Assembly: GCA_964465795.1 (NCBI GenBank)
Contig: CAYXLD010000001.1
Coordinates: 5,127 to 69,126, forward strand
Direction of reading: 5' to 3'
Source of the DNA: Candidatus Woesearchaeota archaeon
GTDB lineage: Archaea; Nanobdellota; Nanobdellia; Pacearchaeales; GW2011-AR1
Length of the DNA stretch: 64,000 bases
The position numbers and the translations under genes were made by a program. Under the pieces are notes generated by a model. The model ran no database searches, had not been told where the DNA came from, and was given only the letters and a program-made list of their open reading frames with translations. This document shows, piece after piece, positions 17,612 to 28,073 of the stretch (positions are counted from its first letter, which is position 1; every line of letters starts with the position of its first letter).

Positions 17612-18712
17612 ATGAAAATGAAAAATCCTAAAGCAAAACAAAAAACAGTACTTTTAGGCTTGTCAGGAGGAGTAGATTCAAGCATAGCCGCGTTTCTTCT
17701 AAAAAAACAGGGCTACAAAGTTATAGGGGCATTCATGAAAAATTTCTCCGATGCAAAAAACCCCTATACAGGAGAATGCAGTTATCTAGAAGACAAAAAA
17801 ACGGCGCAGAAAATAGCAGTCATTCTAAATATTCCACTCATTTTTATAGATTCAGAAAAAGAATACAAATCAAAAGTAATTCAACCAATGCATGACTCCT
17901 ACGCAAAAGGGTTAACTCCAAACCCTGACATTCTTTGTAATAAATTAATAAAATTTCCAATCCTTTGGAAAAAAGCCGAGGAATTAAAAGCAGATTATAT
18001 AGCAACAGGCCATTATGCCAGAATTAAAAAAACAAAGACAGGATATCAACTTCTAGCAGGAAAAGACAAATCAAAAGACCAGTCATATTTCCTTTCTGAA
18101 CTCTCACAAAATGATTTATCTCATACACTATTCCCAGTAGGAAATCTAAAAAAATCACAAGTTAGAGAAATTGCAAGAAAAAACAAGTTCCCAAACTGGG
18201 ATAAAAAAAGCACTTCAGGAATCTGTTTCGTAGGAAAAGTTAATATGAAATCATTTCTAGAAAATAAGATCCCTAATAAAATAGGGGAAATCATAGATAT
18301 AAAAAATAATATAATAGGTAAGCATCCAGGAATACAATATTTTACAATAGGGCAAAGAATAGGTGAAAGAATAGGAATGCAAATAATAAAAAAAATAAAC
18401 GAAAAACTCTACATAGCAAAAAAGAACATAAGAAATAACACAATCATAGCGGTTCCAAAAAATTCCGCGATGTTAAAGAAGCAAAAAATAAAATTGAAAA
18501 ATCTGCATCAAATAAATCCAAATGAAAAAATTCCGAGATTATTAAAAGCAAGAATAAGGCATCTCGGTAAATTAAATAATGGTAGGCTAATTAAAAAAAA
18601 CAAGGCATATTATTTCCAATTTTATAAACCTCAAGAGCAGATCGCAGAAGGCCAGTATGTTGCTCTCTATAAAAGAAATAAATTAATGGCGGGTGGCGAA
18701 ATAATAACATAG
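17612..18712 (+). CDS. mnmA: tRNA-specific 2-thiouridylase MnmA
   Basis: PP-loop LLGLSGGVDSSIAAFLL at the N-terminus, about 366 aa, and the AFMKNF...C pattern. Confidence 0.7.
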   Translation: MKMKNPKAKQKTVLLGLSGGVDSSIAAFLLKKQGYKVIGAFMKNFSDAKNPYTGECSYLEDKKTAQKIAVILNIPLIFIDSEKEYKSKVIQPMHDSYAKGLTPNPDILCNKLIKFPILWKKAEELKADYIATGHYARIKKTKTGYQLLAGKDKSKDQSYFLSELSQNDLSHTLFPVGNLKKSQVREIARKNKFPNWDKKSTSGICFVGKVNMKSFLENKIPNKIGEIIDIKNNIIGKHPGIQYFTIGQRIGERIGMQIIKKINEKLYIAKKNIRNNTIIAVPKNSAMLKKQKIKLKNLHQINPNEKIPRLLKARIRHLGKLNNGRLIKKNKAYYFQFYKPQEQIAEGQYVALYKRNKLMAGGEIIT

Positions 18713-18742
18713 ATTTTTATATTCTCCTCTCCTGATATAAAA

Positions 18743-19327
18743 ATGGAATTTGACTCTGTAATAAGAAAAAGAAAGTCTGTAAGGAATTTTGCAAAAAAAA
18801 AGGTGGGCTGGAAAGTTGCATTAGACGCTATTGAAGCAGCAAACCAATCTCCATTTGCAGGCAATCATAATAATCTAAAATTTCTTATTATAGAAAATGC
18901 AGAAAAAATAAAAAAAATTGCAAAAATAGCAGATCAGCCATGGATTGCTGAATCAAGTCTTTTAATATTGGTCTGCTCGGACGATACGCATTTAGAAAAC
19001 CTTTATGGTGAGCGAGGCAGAGTTTATTCAAGGCAACAGGCCGGGGCAGCTACCCAAATAATCCTATTAAAACTCGTTGATTTAGGGCTATCAGCCTGCT
19101 GGGTAGGATCATATTCAGATGAACTTTTAAAAGAATCCTTGGAAATCCCCCAGCATATACAAATAGAAGCAATAATTCCAATTGGCTATGAAGATAAAAA
19201 AACTGAAAGTAAAAAACAAAGAAAGAAATCTCTAGAAAACGTAGTTTACTGGGAATCCTGGGAAAATAGCAAACGCCCTAATTTTCTTACAGAATCCACA
19301 GATCTCCCTCCAAAAGAAGAGATTTAA
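18743..19327 (+). CDS. Nitroreductase-family protein
   Basis: N-terminal R-x-S-x-R-x-F motif (RKRKSVRNF), about 190 aa. Confidence 0.6.
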   Translation: MEFDSVIRKRKSVRNFAKKKVGWKVALDAIEAANQSPFAGNHNNLKFLIIENAEKIKKIAKIADQPWIAESSLLILVCSDDTHLENLYGERGRVYSRQQAGAATQIILLKLVDLGLSACWVGSYSDELLKESLEIPQHIQIEAIIPIGYEDKKTESKKQRKKSLENVVYWESWENSKRPNFLTESTDLPPKEEI

Positions 19328-19377
19328 TATTACTAAATAATAGTAACAATAGAAAAGTTTATAAACTCTAATTTTTA

Positions 19378-19689
19378 ATGAATCTTATACCAAAGAAAGA
19401 AAAAGAAAAATATGCTCTTAGTAAGTATATTACCAATTTTCCTAAAATGGAAGACATTATTGACTATTCAAAAATTCTAGATATAGGCCCATGGAAAATA
19501 CCAACGCCTACACTTCAAAAAACAATTCAAAAACCTAAGAAGCCTAAAATAAAACATTCTTCAGATAAAGATAGAAGAGAATATATTTTACGGCCTTTAG
19601 ATGAAGTAATTCTAAATCCGCAATTATTAGACGATATAATTGTAATTAGTTCTATCAGTATCAACAAACCTTCTGCCAGAATCATTTGA
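19378..19689 (+). CDS. Hypothetical protein; may be the 5' part of a gene continued by 19757..20107 after a frameshift
   Basis: The downstream ORF's frame is open back to ~19646 and overlaps this ORF's end. Confidence 0.25.
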   Translation: MNLIPKKEKEKYALSKYITNFPKMEDIIDYSKILDIGPWKIPTPTLQKTIQKPKKPKIKHSSDKDRREYILRPLDEVILNPQLLDDIIVISSISINKPSARII

Positions 19690-19756
19690 AGACGCATTAA
19701 CAAGAGAAGGGAGATTAACAAGCTTCCTAATAGATTATCCGCAGAAAGAAGAAAGA

Positions 19757-20107
19757 ATGAGGCTTTGGCAGCATTTTATTAAGAAATACGATCTTTCAAG
19801 TAATCTTGCCCAAGAACATTTATATGCTTTAGCTGAACAAACTCCAGCAGAACAAGGGGCTTTTGTTGAAGAATTCTGTAGAAACTATAGGGGATACATT
19901 AGAGCAAAATTACTTAGAGAAAAAGGATATTCAACTTTATTAGATGCTCTAAGAGCAGGAACAGATATATCAGACTTACAAATAAACAAAGCAATTACTC
20001 CAGAATTATTGCTAGAAGATGTAAGACAAGTCCTCTACAAAAAATCAGAAAGAAATGGAGTGAAGGAAAAATCTCCTTCGTTTATAGGTTTCAAAAAACA
20101 AGATTAA
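19757..20107 (+). CDS. Hypothetical protein
   Basis: ORF only. Confidence 0.3.
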   Translation: MRLWQHFIKKYDLSSNLAQEHLYALAEQTPAEQGAFVEEFCRNYRGYIRAKLLREKGYSTLLDALRAGTDISDLQINKAITPELLLEDVRQVLYKKSERNGVKEKSPSFIGFKKQD

Positions 20108-20134
20108 AAAAATAAAAAAGAAGAAAAACAATCT

Positions 20135-20566
20135 CTAAATTTTCTTCATAAAAAATATTTGATTTTTAGTTTTATTAAATCCATATCTAACAAACCCATT
20201 TCTCTCATAAAAAGAGATCGCTCCTTTCATTTGAGGAGTAGTAGAGAGAATTATCTTTTTATATCCCTCTTTTCTAGAAAAAGTTTGAACCTTATTATAA
20301 AGACTTTGAGCTAGTCCAATTCCTCTATAAGATTTAGTTATGTACATTTTTTTAAGTCTTGCAACCTTGCCCCTTTGCTTTATAATGCCCACACATCCAA
20401 TTATCTGATCTTCCTCTTCAGCAACATATAAAACGCCCTTATCTCTAAAAAATCCACTTTCTAATCCAACTTTTTTAGGTTTAACCTTGAATATTTCAAT
20501 TAAAATATCCTCAATTAATCTAATAAGCTTAATTCTATCCTCTGCTTCAAATTTTCTTATAGTCAT
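20135..20566 (-). CDS. GNAT-family N-acetyltransferase
   Basis: Acetyl-CoA-binding motif A, Q/R-x-x-G-x-G/A (RGIGLAQSL), in a ~143-aa protein. Confidence 0.7.
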   Translation of the reverse strand: MTIRKFEAEDRIKLIRLIEDILIEIFKVKPKKVGLESGFFRDKGVLYVAEEEDQIIGCVGIIKQRGKVARLKKMYITKSYRGIGLAQSLYNKVQTFSRKEGYKKIILSTTPQMKGAISFYERNGFVRYGFNKTKNQIFFMKKI

Positions 20567-20650
20567 ATTAAAAAATACAAAACAAACATATTAAACTTAT
20601 CTAAAAGAAAAATAAAAAAGAAGAAAAAAACAAACCTTCTTTAAAGAAAA

Positions 20651-21730
20651 TTAATTATAAAACTCTATGCCTAAGTCGGACATTTGAGGTTTTGTGGAAA
20701 TTGCTCTCTCCTCTGCGTGCCTGCCAAGAACATAAGGCGATTTCACACCTGTCATAATAGTAATAACTCGCACTTTATTGGCAAATTCTCTATTAACACG
20801 TGCTCCTATAATTACTGTAGCATCGACGCTTATATTTTCAGTGACTAATTCTCCAACTCCTGCGAACTCTTCTAATTTAAAATCCGGTCCGCAAGTAATA
20901 TGAATCAACGCTCCTGTAGCTCCTTTATAATCTACATCTAAAAGAGGATGTGTCAATGCCTGTCGCACTGCCTCATCAACTCTAGCAGTAGTATCGCTTT
21001 CACCAACGCCAATAACTGCAACATCGCCGTTCTTCATAATTGCAGATACGTCCGCATAATCTAAGTTAATCAATGATGGCAAAGTAATTGTCTCCACAAT
21101 ACCTTTAATCATTGTACTTACTAATTCGTTCGCAACTGCAAAAGCTTGCTCCATAGGCAAATTTCCTGCGATATCAACTAACCTATTATTATCAATCAAT
21201 ATAGCTGTATCAACAACTTCAGTTAGTTCTTGCAATCCAAATTCCGCTTTTTCCTGCCTGGCTTTTTCACAGTCAAATGGCATAGTAGCAACTGCAATTA
21301 CAACTGCTCCAGATTCTTTAGCCAATTGTGCAATAACTGGAGCAGCCCCTGTTCCAGTTCCTCCGCCCAAGCCAACATTAATAAATACCATATCAGCTCC
21401 ACTGGCGGACCTTTTCAATTCAGAAAGAGACTCTTTAGCAGCCTCTCTTCCTCTTTGCGGAAACCCTCCGCAACCAAGTCCTCTTGTTAATTCTTTACCT
21501 ATTAGAATTTTTTCATCTGATTTTGTAATGCTCAAATGAAGTGCGTCAGTATTTACTCCATAGATAGTTGCTCCATTTATCCCCTTGTTAAATAACCATG
21601 TAACAGCATTGCATCCTGCGCCTCCAACACCAAAAACCTTTATATTGGCTTTTCCAGCACGTAATTCGTCAAAATTAATGCTGTGTGTTTCCGCATGTTG
21701 CAAAGCCTCTTTTGCAAAATCTAGTACCAT
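20651..21730 (-). CDS. ftsZ: Cell division GTPase FtsZ
   Basis: Tubulin signature GLGGGTGTGAAPVIAQ, and GVGGAGCNAV near the N-terminus. Confidence 0.9.
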   Translation of the reverse strand: MVLDFAKEALQHAETHSINFDELRAGKANIKVFGVGGAGCNAVTWLFNKGINGATIYGVNTDALHLSITKSDEKILIGKELTRGLGCGGFPQRGREAAKESLSELKRSASGADMVFINVGLGGGTGTGAAPVIAQLAKESGAVVIAVATMPFDCEKARQEKAEFGLQELTEVVDTAILIDNNRLVDIAGNLPMEQAFAVANELVSTMIKGIVETITLPSLINLDYADVSAIMKNGDVAVIGVGESDTTARVDEAVRQALTHPLLDVDYKGATGALIHITCGPDFKLEEFAGVGELVTENISVDATVIIGARVNREFANKVRVITIMTGVKSPYVLGRHAEERAISTKPQMSDLGIEFYN

Positions 21731-22208
21731 TTCAGAACCCTCCTTTCAACTTTTAATATAACCATTAAAAATATTAAATGAACTACTTTAAATATTTGAC
21801 TATTCTAGAATGTATAACAAAAAAGACAATTCTTAGATATACATATAATTCAAAATATTAATTATTTGCTCCAAACTTCCCATATTCTGCTTTATTTTTA
21901 TCCTTAAAATAAAATTTTATAGCAAAAATAGGTTCAACATAATAATTTCTCTCAAGATCATTAGGATCAAAAACGTAACATTCTTTAATTTCATAATTTC
22001 TAAAATTTCTATCTAAACTAAAGCAGCATCCAGAACAAAAAATTACAAATCCTACCAAAGCGCCCTCTAATGTTTTCCTCATTATATTACAACAGCAACA
22101 AATTTATTAAATCTTCTCTTTGTTTATCTAATCCTAGCTAAAAACCGATTATAATTGCATTATTTATTATATTTTCATAGATCATAAACAATTAAAAAAA
22201 CAATATAT

Positions 22209-22886
22209 TCAAACTTTATCTAAAATCTCCGCACGGATACCATTCTCACTGCATAAATTAACAAACTTTTTTGCATCTTCTATAGTTCCTGCAACACCTG
22301 CGCCGTAATGCATTGGTATCGCCAAGTGGGGCTTAAGCATCTGAACAACTTCAAAAGCCTCATTAGCGTCCATCACGTATTTACCGGAAACAGGAAGAAG
22401 AACAACGAATTCGTTGCCATGTTTTCCATAACCAGTTAACTTTTCCATCTCAGGAATTTTATCGCTATCTCCAGCATGATAAACAATTACATTGTTAATT
22501 TTAATCAGATATCCTAGCCAGCCCTCGTTTTTCGGGTGAAATTCCTTATTAATATTATATGCAGAAACTGCCTCGATCTTCACATCTCCAAAATCAAGTT
22601 TATCCCATGTTTCAATTATCTGCATTTCAACTCCTTCAATCTTAGTTATCTTGCTCTGACAATCAGGAGAAACCACTATTACAGTTCCCTTTTTAGCTAA
22701 TTTAGTAATATCCTTTATGCTGCAATGATCATAGTGGCTATGTGTAATCAAAATATAATCTGCTTTTCCAACTGCATCTGATACATTATAAGGGTCTATA
22801 ACAATTCTTTTTCCATTTCCATTAGATATTGAAAAACCAGAATGCCCCAAAAACTCGAGTTTTATATCGCTAATTTCCATATACAC
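22209..22886 (-). CDS. MBL-fold metallo-hydrolase
   Basis: ILITHSHYDH (HxHxDH) motif. Confidence 0.7.
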   Translation of the reverse strand: MYMEISDIKLEFLGHSGFSISNGNGKRIVIDPYNVSDAVGKADYILITHSHYDHCSIKDITKLAKKGTVIVVSPDCQSKITKIEGVEMQIIETWDKLDFGDVKIEAVSAYNINKEFHPKNEGWLGYLIKINNVIVYHAGDSDKIPEMEKLTGYGKHGNEFVVLLPVSGKYVMDANEAFEVVQMLKPHLAIPMHYGAGVAGTIEDAKKFVNLCSENGIRAEILDKV

Positions 22887-22931
22887 TTCTACAAATCAAA
22901 ACTTTTAAAGTTAATTATACTATGTTTTCCT

Positions 22932-23141
22932 CTAAAATCGACGCAGATGGTTTAATAGTATATCGCGCAGTAAGAATCTTTTAATCCCTTCATTTCCAGA
23001 AGGCTTTTTCGGAATCACCCATGACTTAGCAACCTCTTTCCATTCAAATCTCAAATCTCGATGCAATCTCAAAGCATGATGTTTATGTATTGCACACTTT
23101 AATCTTTTACTTTTATCATATAATAAATATTCAATATCCAA
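22932..23141 (-). CDS. 69-aa fragment resembling the LigD-type 3'-phosphoesterase domain
   Basis: KHHALRLHRDLRFEW resembles the conserved QKHHA..LHYDFRLE motif of the LigD phosphoesterase. Far too short to be functional. Confidence 0.3.
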   Translation of the reverse strand: MDIEYLLYDKSKRLKCAIHKHHALRLHRDLRFEWKEVAKSWVIPKKPSGNEGIKRFLLRDILLNHLRRF

Positions 23142-23523
23142 TTACTTCAATATCCTTAATTCTCCCAAAATGCCTGATGTTTCTTGTAATTATCTTGCCA
23201 ATATTATGAGTTAAACACATTCCAGCGATTAAACAATCCGATTCTTCGATAATTAATCCTTTATCACTCAACCCCAAAAATAAAGAACTAGCCTTCTTAA
23301 CAGAATTCTTATCAATACTAATTAAAGTTAAATCATCAAACAGTTTTTCATAAAAATTAAGTTCCTCATGGTATTTTTTATCTTTAGGATTTAAACCAAA
23401 AAATATTTCCTGATAGTTTATAATTGTAGTAGCGAAATCTCCTTTAATATTTTTAAGTAAATTTTGCAAATTAGCATCTTTTTTATAAATATCTATCAAA
23501 GCAGTTGTATCTAGTATTATCAT
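23131..23523 (-). CDS. vapC: PIN-domain protein, VapC-like toxin
   Basis: MIILDTTALIDIY is the acidic N-terminal motif of PIN, with a conserved downstream D. Paired with the upstream 84-aa gene. Confidence 0.6.
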   Translation of the reverse strand: MIILDTTALIDIYKKDANLQNLLKNIKGDFATTIINYQEIFFGLNPKDKKYHEELNFYEKLFDDLTLISIDKNSVKKASSLFLGLSDKGLIIEESDCLIAGMCLTHNIGKIITRNIRHFGRIKDIEVIGY

Positions 23524-23535
23524 ATTCTCCTATTT

Positions 23536-23790
23536 CTATCTCATGTATTTTCTAATCTCTTTAATTTTCTTATTAAAAGAATCCTTAAATGATTTAATCC
23601 TTTTTTCCTTCTCTTTCCAATCTATTCCAGTTAAGTCTCTTTCTTCCTCAAAAAGTGCTAATATTCTTCCATTATTACTTTTCCTTTCTTTAAATTCTAA
23701 AATAACATCAGAAAAACTTTTATCTTGATTCTTTAAAGACATCAAGAACTCATATGCTTCCTTTCTCAATGAAATATTAATGCTTGCCAT
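23536..23790 (-). CDS. vapB: Putative antitoxin (VapB-like) of the adjacent PIN toxin
   Basis: Small gene 12 nt upstream of and co-directional with the PIN gene. Confidence 0.45.
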   Translation of the reverse strand: MASINISLRKEAYEFLMSLKNQDKSFSDVILEFKERKSNNGRILALFEEERDLTGIDWKEKEKRIKSFKDSFNKKIKEIRKYMR

Positions 23791-23990
23791 ATGTACTTAT
23801 ATTAGCACTCATATTAAAACTTTTCTGTTCAGCTTTTGATTTGTTTTATCCCAAAATAAGGTTACCTCGATAACACAATTAAGTTCTAGAAAACAGCTAG
23901 AACTAATAAAAAAACTAAACATAAAGAAAATAACTTTCCAATTTTTTCTTTAACTTATTATTTAATATAAAGCAATATAACATTTTATCA

Positions 23991-25469
23991 TCACAATTTC
24001 TCAATCTCTCTAGCAATACCTAACATCTTCCCCTCTTCTCCTTTGGCGCACATAACCTGCATACCAACTGGGATTTCATCTACCTTTCCAGCAGGAATTG
24101 AAAGAGCGCAAATTTCTGCCAAATTTGCAGGAATAGTCAAAGCATCTGCAGCATAAACTTCTTCAGGCTTCATTTTAGCTCCCTCTCCTATTTTCCATGG
24201 CAGCATGGGAAAAGCAGGCATAATTAAACAATCAATATTCTTCAAAACTTCCTCAAATTCTCTTTTAATAGTCTCTTTAACATGAAGTGCTTTCCTATAA
24301 TGAGCTCCTCTATATTCTGCCTTAGTAATCTCGCTTCCTCCTAAAATCCTTCTCAAAACCTCCTTCCCGCAATTATCTTCTATCTTCTTGCCATATTTTC
24401 TCCCGTCAAATCTCCTCGTTGCAGAAAAAAATTCAACATATACCAAAGGATAATAAGTTTGAACAGCCAAATCAATATGCCTGATCTCAACTTCCTTAAA
24501 ATCCCACTTCAATCTATTCTTCATAAATTCAACTTTCTTACTTATTAAACTCTTTATTTTCTCGTCAACTCCTTTAACATTAACAATTCCCACATTTAAT
24601 TTCCCAACTTTTTTTAATTCTATTTTTCCTGCTTCAAATGTTGAAGTATCTCTTTCATCTTTACCTTTAATAACATCAAGAACAAGAGCAGCATCTTCGC
24701 AACTCTTTGCGAAAACTCCTATCTGATCCAAGCTCATACTCAAATCAATCAATCCATATCTAGAAACCCTGCCATAAGACGGCTTTACTCCTATTATTCC
24801 ACAATGAGAGGCAGGATTTCTTATGCTTCCTCCTGTATCGCTTCCAAGAGAAATATCACAAAATCCAGCTGCAACAGCAGCCGCACTTCCACTGCTAGAT
24901 CCTCCGGCAATTCTTTCTTTTGCCGAAGGATTTATAGTTGCCCCAAAAGCACTATTCTCTCCGCTTGATCCTGATCCAAATTCATCCATATTTGTCATTC
25001 CAATAATTAATCCATCTTCTTTTCTAATCTTATCAATAACAGTAGCATCATAAGGTGCGCAGTAATTTTCTAAAGTTTTAGAAGCGCAATTGCAAATCAT
25101 TCCTTTAACATTGATATTACTCTTAACAGCAATAACTTTCCCATAAAGTCTTCCTTTTTTTTGTTTGTTATCAATTATTCTAGCTTCATTAATCGCATTC
25201 TCATTCAAATGCAAAAATGCATTAATTTCGCCATCCTCTCTTTTTATCTTATCTAAATAATATCTAATTTTTCTCTCTAAAACTTTTTCTTTTTTATTTT
25301 CAGTTTTATCAGATCTTCTATAATCAGACAAAAATTCTTCCGCCTTCTTTTCACTTTCATTTATTAATTTAACTATTCTTTTTTCTCGCTTTTTTATTAA
25401 ATCTTCTGCTTTCTCCTCTGCTATTCCGATACTTTTTATTATTTCTTTTTTTATTTTATCTGCTCTCAT
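23991..25469 (-). CDS. gatA: Glutamyl/aspartyl-tRNA amidotransferase subunit A
   Basis: Amidase signature GGSSGGSAAAVAAG, and a Ser-cisSer-Lys triad context (K...S-x-S...GGS). Confidence 0.85.
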   Translation of the reverse strand: MRADKIKKEIIKSIGIAEEKAEDLIKKREKRIVKLINESEKKAEEFLSDYRRSDKTENKKEKVLERKIRYYLDKIKREDGEINAFLHLNENAINEARIIDNKQKKGRLYGKVIAVKSNINVKGMICNCASKTLENYCAPYDATVIDKIRKEDGLIIGMTNMDEFGSGSSGENSAFGATINPSAKERIAGGSSSGSAAAVAAGFCDISLGSDTGGSIRNPASHCGIIGVKPSYGRVSRYGLIDLSMSLDQIGVFAKSCEDAALVLDVIKGKDERDTSTFEAGKIELKKVGKLNVGIVNVKGVDEKIKSLISKKVEFMKNRLKWDFKEVEIRHIDLAVQTYYPLVYVEFFSATRRFDGRKYGKKIEDNCGKEVLRRILGGSEITKAEYRGAHYRKALHVKETIKREFEEVLKNIDCLIMPAFPMLPWKIGEGAKMKPEEVYAADALTIPANLAEICALSIPAGKVDEIPVGMQVMCAKGEEGKMLGIAREIEKL

Positions 25470-25519
25470 AGAAAAACTAAAAAGCTAAACTTTATAAACT
25501 ATACCAAAACAAAAATCGT

Positions 25520-25909
25520 ATGAGAAAAGAGAGCATAGAGGAAACACTTGAATTAAATATACAATTTGATAAAAAAACAAACCTGGTGCCAGCCATAGCC
25601 CAAGATTATAGAACAAAAGAGATATATATGCAAGGATATGTAAACCAGCTAGCGTTGGATGAAGCTGTAAAAACAGGATATGCAACTTTCTGGAGTAGAA
25701 AAAGAAAAGAACTTTGGACAAAAGGAAAAACTTCCGGAGACTTGCTAAAAATAATTGAAATAAGAATTGACTGTGACCAAGATTCTATTATTTATTTAAT
25801 TAAAAGTCTCGGGCATGGAACATGCCATACAAAAAATGCCGAGGGAAAAACAAGAAAATCTTGTTTTTATAGAAGAATTGTCAATGGAAAACTAGAATTC
25901 ATAGAATAA
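25520..25909 (+). CDS. hisI: Phosphoribosyl-AMP cyclohydrolase (HisI-like)
   Basis: TGYATFWSRKRKELWTKGKTSG....I.CDQDSI.Y.....G..CHT, the HisI zinc/Mg cysteine-aspartate motif. Confidence 0.55.
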   Translation: MRKESIEETLELNIQFDKKTNLVPAIAQDYRTKEIYMQGYVNQLALDEAVKTGYATFWSRKRKELWTKGKTSGDLLKIIEIRIDCDQDSIIYLIKSLGHGTCHTKNAEGKTRKSCFYRRIVNGKLEFIE

Positions 25910-25975
25910 TCAAAAAATATTTCTTTTAGGATAAAAAAGAAAAATCCTTTTAAATAATGATACGTACCATATAAA

Positions 25976-26266
25976 GTGGAAAAAACCAGATTAATGCTTA
26001 AAATAGAAGATAAAATAGGTGAAAGAATTGAAGATTATCTTTTAAGAAAATATAATCATAGGCATATCTCTGGAAAAAAGCTTGCAAGAGAGCTTGAAAT
26101 AAGGAGTAAAACATTTTATAAATGGCTTAAATTCTGCAATATCCAAGTCAGAACTCTTGAGGATTATATTATAAAATCTCCTAAAAGGCCCCCTAAAAGG
26201 GTATTGGACTATTACTATAATTTTCTTAGAAAACCTGTAGAAGAAAACCAAGCAGAAAGAAATTAA
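25976..26266 (+). CDS. Small hypothetical protein, possible HTH
   Basis: ORF only; basic, helix-rich. Confidence 0.25.
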   Translation: MEKTRLMLKIEDKIGERIEDYLLRKYNHRHISGKKLARELEIRSKTFYKWLKFCNIQVRTLEDYIIKSPKRPPKRVLDYYYNFLRKPVEENQAERN

Positions 26267-26285
26267 GAATATTATAGAGAGAAGC

Positions 26286-26603
26286 ATGAATAGAGAAAAA
26301 ATAGCGGGTCTTTATGGTGTGCATCCAAAAACAGCAGGCATATGGCTAAGAAAAGTAAGGCTAAGCAAACTTTATCCTAGTATTTATGATAGTAAGCAAT
26401 TAAGAAAAAAGAAGCTTAATGAACTTCTAGCTAAAGCAAAAAAGTCTCCCAATGAACTTTTCCAGAGAGATTTTAAAAATAACAAGCAGGAAAATGGCAG
26501 ATCATACTATGGCATATTAACATGGTATTTATCAAGATTGGGTTATAATTTCTCGCAAGCTAGAGAACATTTTATTAATGAATTTTTTAAAGAGAGCCAA
26601 TAA
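26286..26603 (+). CDS. Small hypothetical HTH-like protein
   Basis: EKIAGLYGVHPKTAGIWLRK looks like an HTH motif. Confidence 0.3.
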   Translation: MNREKIAGLYGVHPKTAGIWLRKVRLSKLYPSIYDSKQLRKKKLNELLAKAKKSPNELFQRDFKNNKQENGRSYYGILTWYLSRLGYNFSQAREHFINEFFKESQ

Positions 26604-26605
26604 AA

Positions 26606-27301
26606 TTACCACTCAACTTTCTTAATCGGCCTTCTAACATAAACAATTTCCTGCAATTCATAAAACTCCATGCTATTTTCCAAGTTATCAGAAAAATATC
26701 TCAATTGATAATCTTTATCTATTTTAGGGTCAAAAATTTCAATAGTCATCTCTTTTGTTTTGCCATGATCAATTAAAACATAATGTGCATCAACACTAAA
26801 CTCAACTCCATCAACCCTTAACTTATCTCCTTTTTTTAACTTTCCTACTGGCTTGGATGCCTTAATCTCAATTTTATCAATAACGGCATCTTCTCCAATT
26901 ATAACATTCTTTAATTTCTTAACTTCTTCCTCTGCATTCCCAATATCAATGTCAAGCTCTTTTTCATTTTCACCGCCCGCAATATCAGCTTCATCTGAAC
27001 CATCTTCATTATTATTTCCTTTCTCTAGTGGCTTTTTTCTATGCTTCCTATTGTCTTTTATATTTTTATTTTTCCCTCTGCTTCTTTTACTGCCAGTCTC
27101 TTTCAATAACTCTCTAATCTTCTTATCCCCTAAGTTAACTAGCGCCTCAATCTTCTTTTCAGCTTTAAGAATATTTCCTTTCGCATCTTCAATTGAAAAT
27201 CCAAGAGATTTCAGTATATAATTCAACTCTTCCTCGCTAAGTTCTTCTAAGTCTCTTAATAATTCCTTGTCTAGTTTAATTTTTTTTACTTTTGCCGCCA
27301 T
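26606..27301 (-). CDS. Hypothetical acidic protein
   Basis: ORF only. Acidic low-complexity centre; the N-terminal helical region is SAP/Rho-N-like. Confidence 0.3.
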   Translation of the reverse strand: MAAKVKKIKLDKELLRDLEELSEEELNYILKSLGFSIEDAKGNILKAEKKIEALVNLGDKKIRELLKETGSKRSRGKNKNIKDNRKHRKKPLEKGNNNEDGSDEADIAGGENEKELDIDIGNAEEEVKKLKNVIIGEDAVIDKIEIKASKPVGKLKKGDKLRVDGVEFSVDAHYVLIDHGKTKEMTIEIFDPKIDKDYQLRYFSDNLENSMEFYELQEIVYVRRPIKKVEW

Positions 27302-27641
27302 TTTTTTGTTTCCGAAATTATACAGTCGTCATCTCTTTTTGGTGCATTTTCAAACATGATATTCCTAAATTCAATATTACAGCCCTGCCCTTTAAATTCA
27401 TTCCTATATGCAATTTTAGTATCTTTAATTATCTTTGCATCTTTAACAGCCTCTAATGATTTAACAAAGTTATTCAGTATAACTTTTACATAGTTCCCTA
27501 TCTTTTCCTTTACACTTAACATCAACAATGAAAAATTTCTATATTAATAAATTTAATTATTCAGTAAAAATCAGTGAAAAACCTAAAAACATAGCCAAAG
27601 AAATCGAAAGATTTTAAAACTTCACTACTAAATCTATTAAA

Positions 27642-28073
27642 ATGCTAAAACCAAGAGAAAAATTTAATAGATTATTAAAAAAGCATAAAGAATATGACAG
27701 TGAGGCATATAGCTATATCTACGAAGTATTGGATTATACAGAAAAAAATATAGCTAAAAAAAGCAAATCCGAGCAAGTTAGTGCTAGAGAATTAACTGAG
27801 GGATTTAAATCATATACGATAAACAAATTCGGCTGTCTTGCTAGAACAGTCTTAAATGAATGGGGAGTGAAAACTACAAACGATATAGGCAATATTGTTT
27901 TTTACCTTATAGAGTTTGATCTGATGGCAAAACAGAAATCAGACAAAATAGAAGATTTTTATGAGGTCTATAACTTTAATCATGCTTTTAACATAAAGCC
28001 AAAAATTCTATATGATTATGAAGCAAAAGAATGGTTAGTTTCATACTCTGAAAAAATAAATTCGAATAATTAA
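27642..28073 (+). CDS. Hypothetical protein
   Basis: ORF only. Confidence 0.3.
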   Translation: MLKPREKFNRLLKKHKEYDSEAYSYIYEVLDYTEKNIAKKSKSEQVSARELTEGFKSYTINKFGCLARTVLNEWGVKTTNDIGNIVFYLIEFDLMAKQKSDKIEDFYEVYNFNHAFNIKPKILYDYEAKEWLVSYSEKINSNN

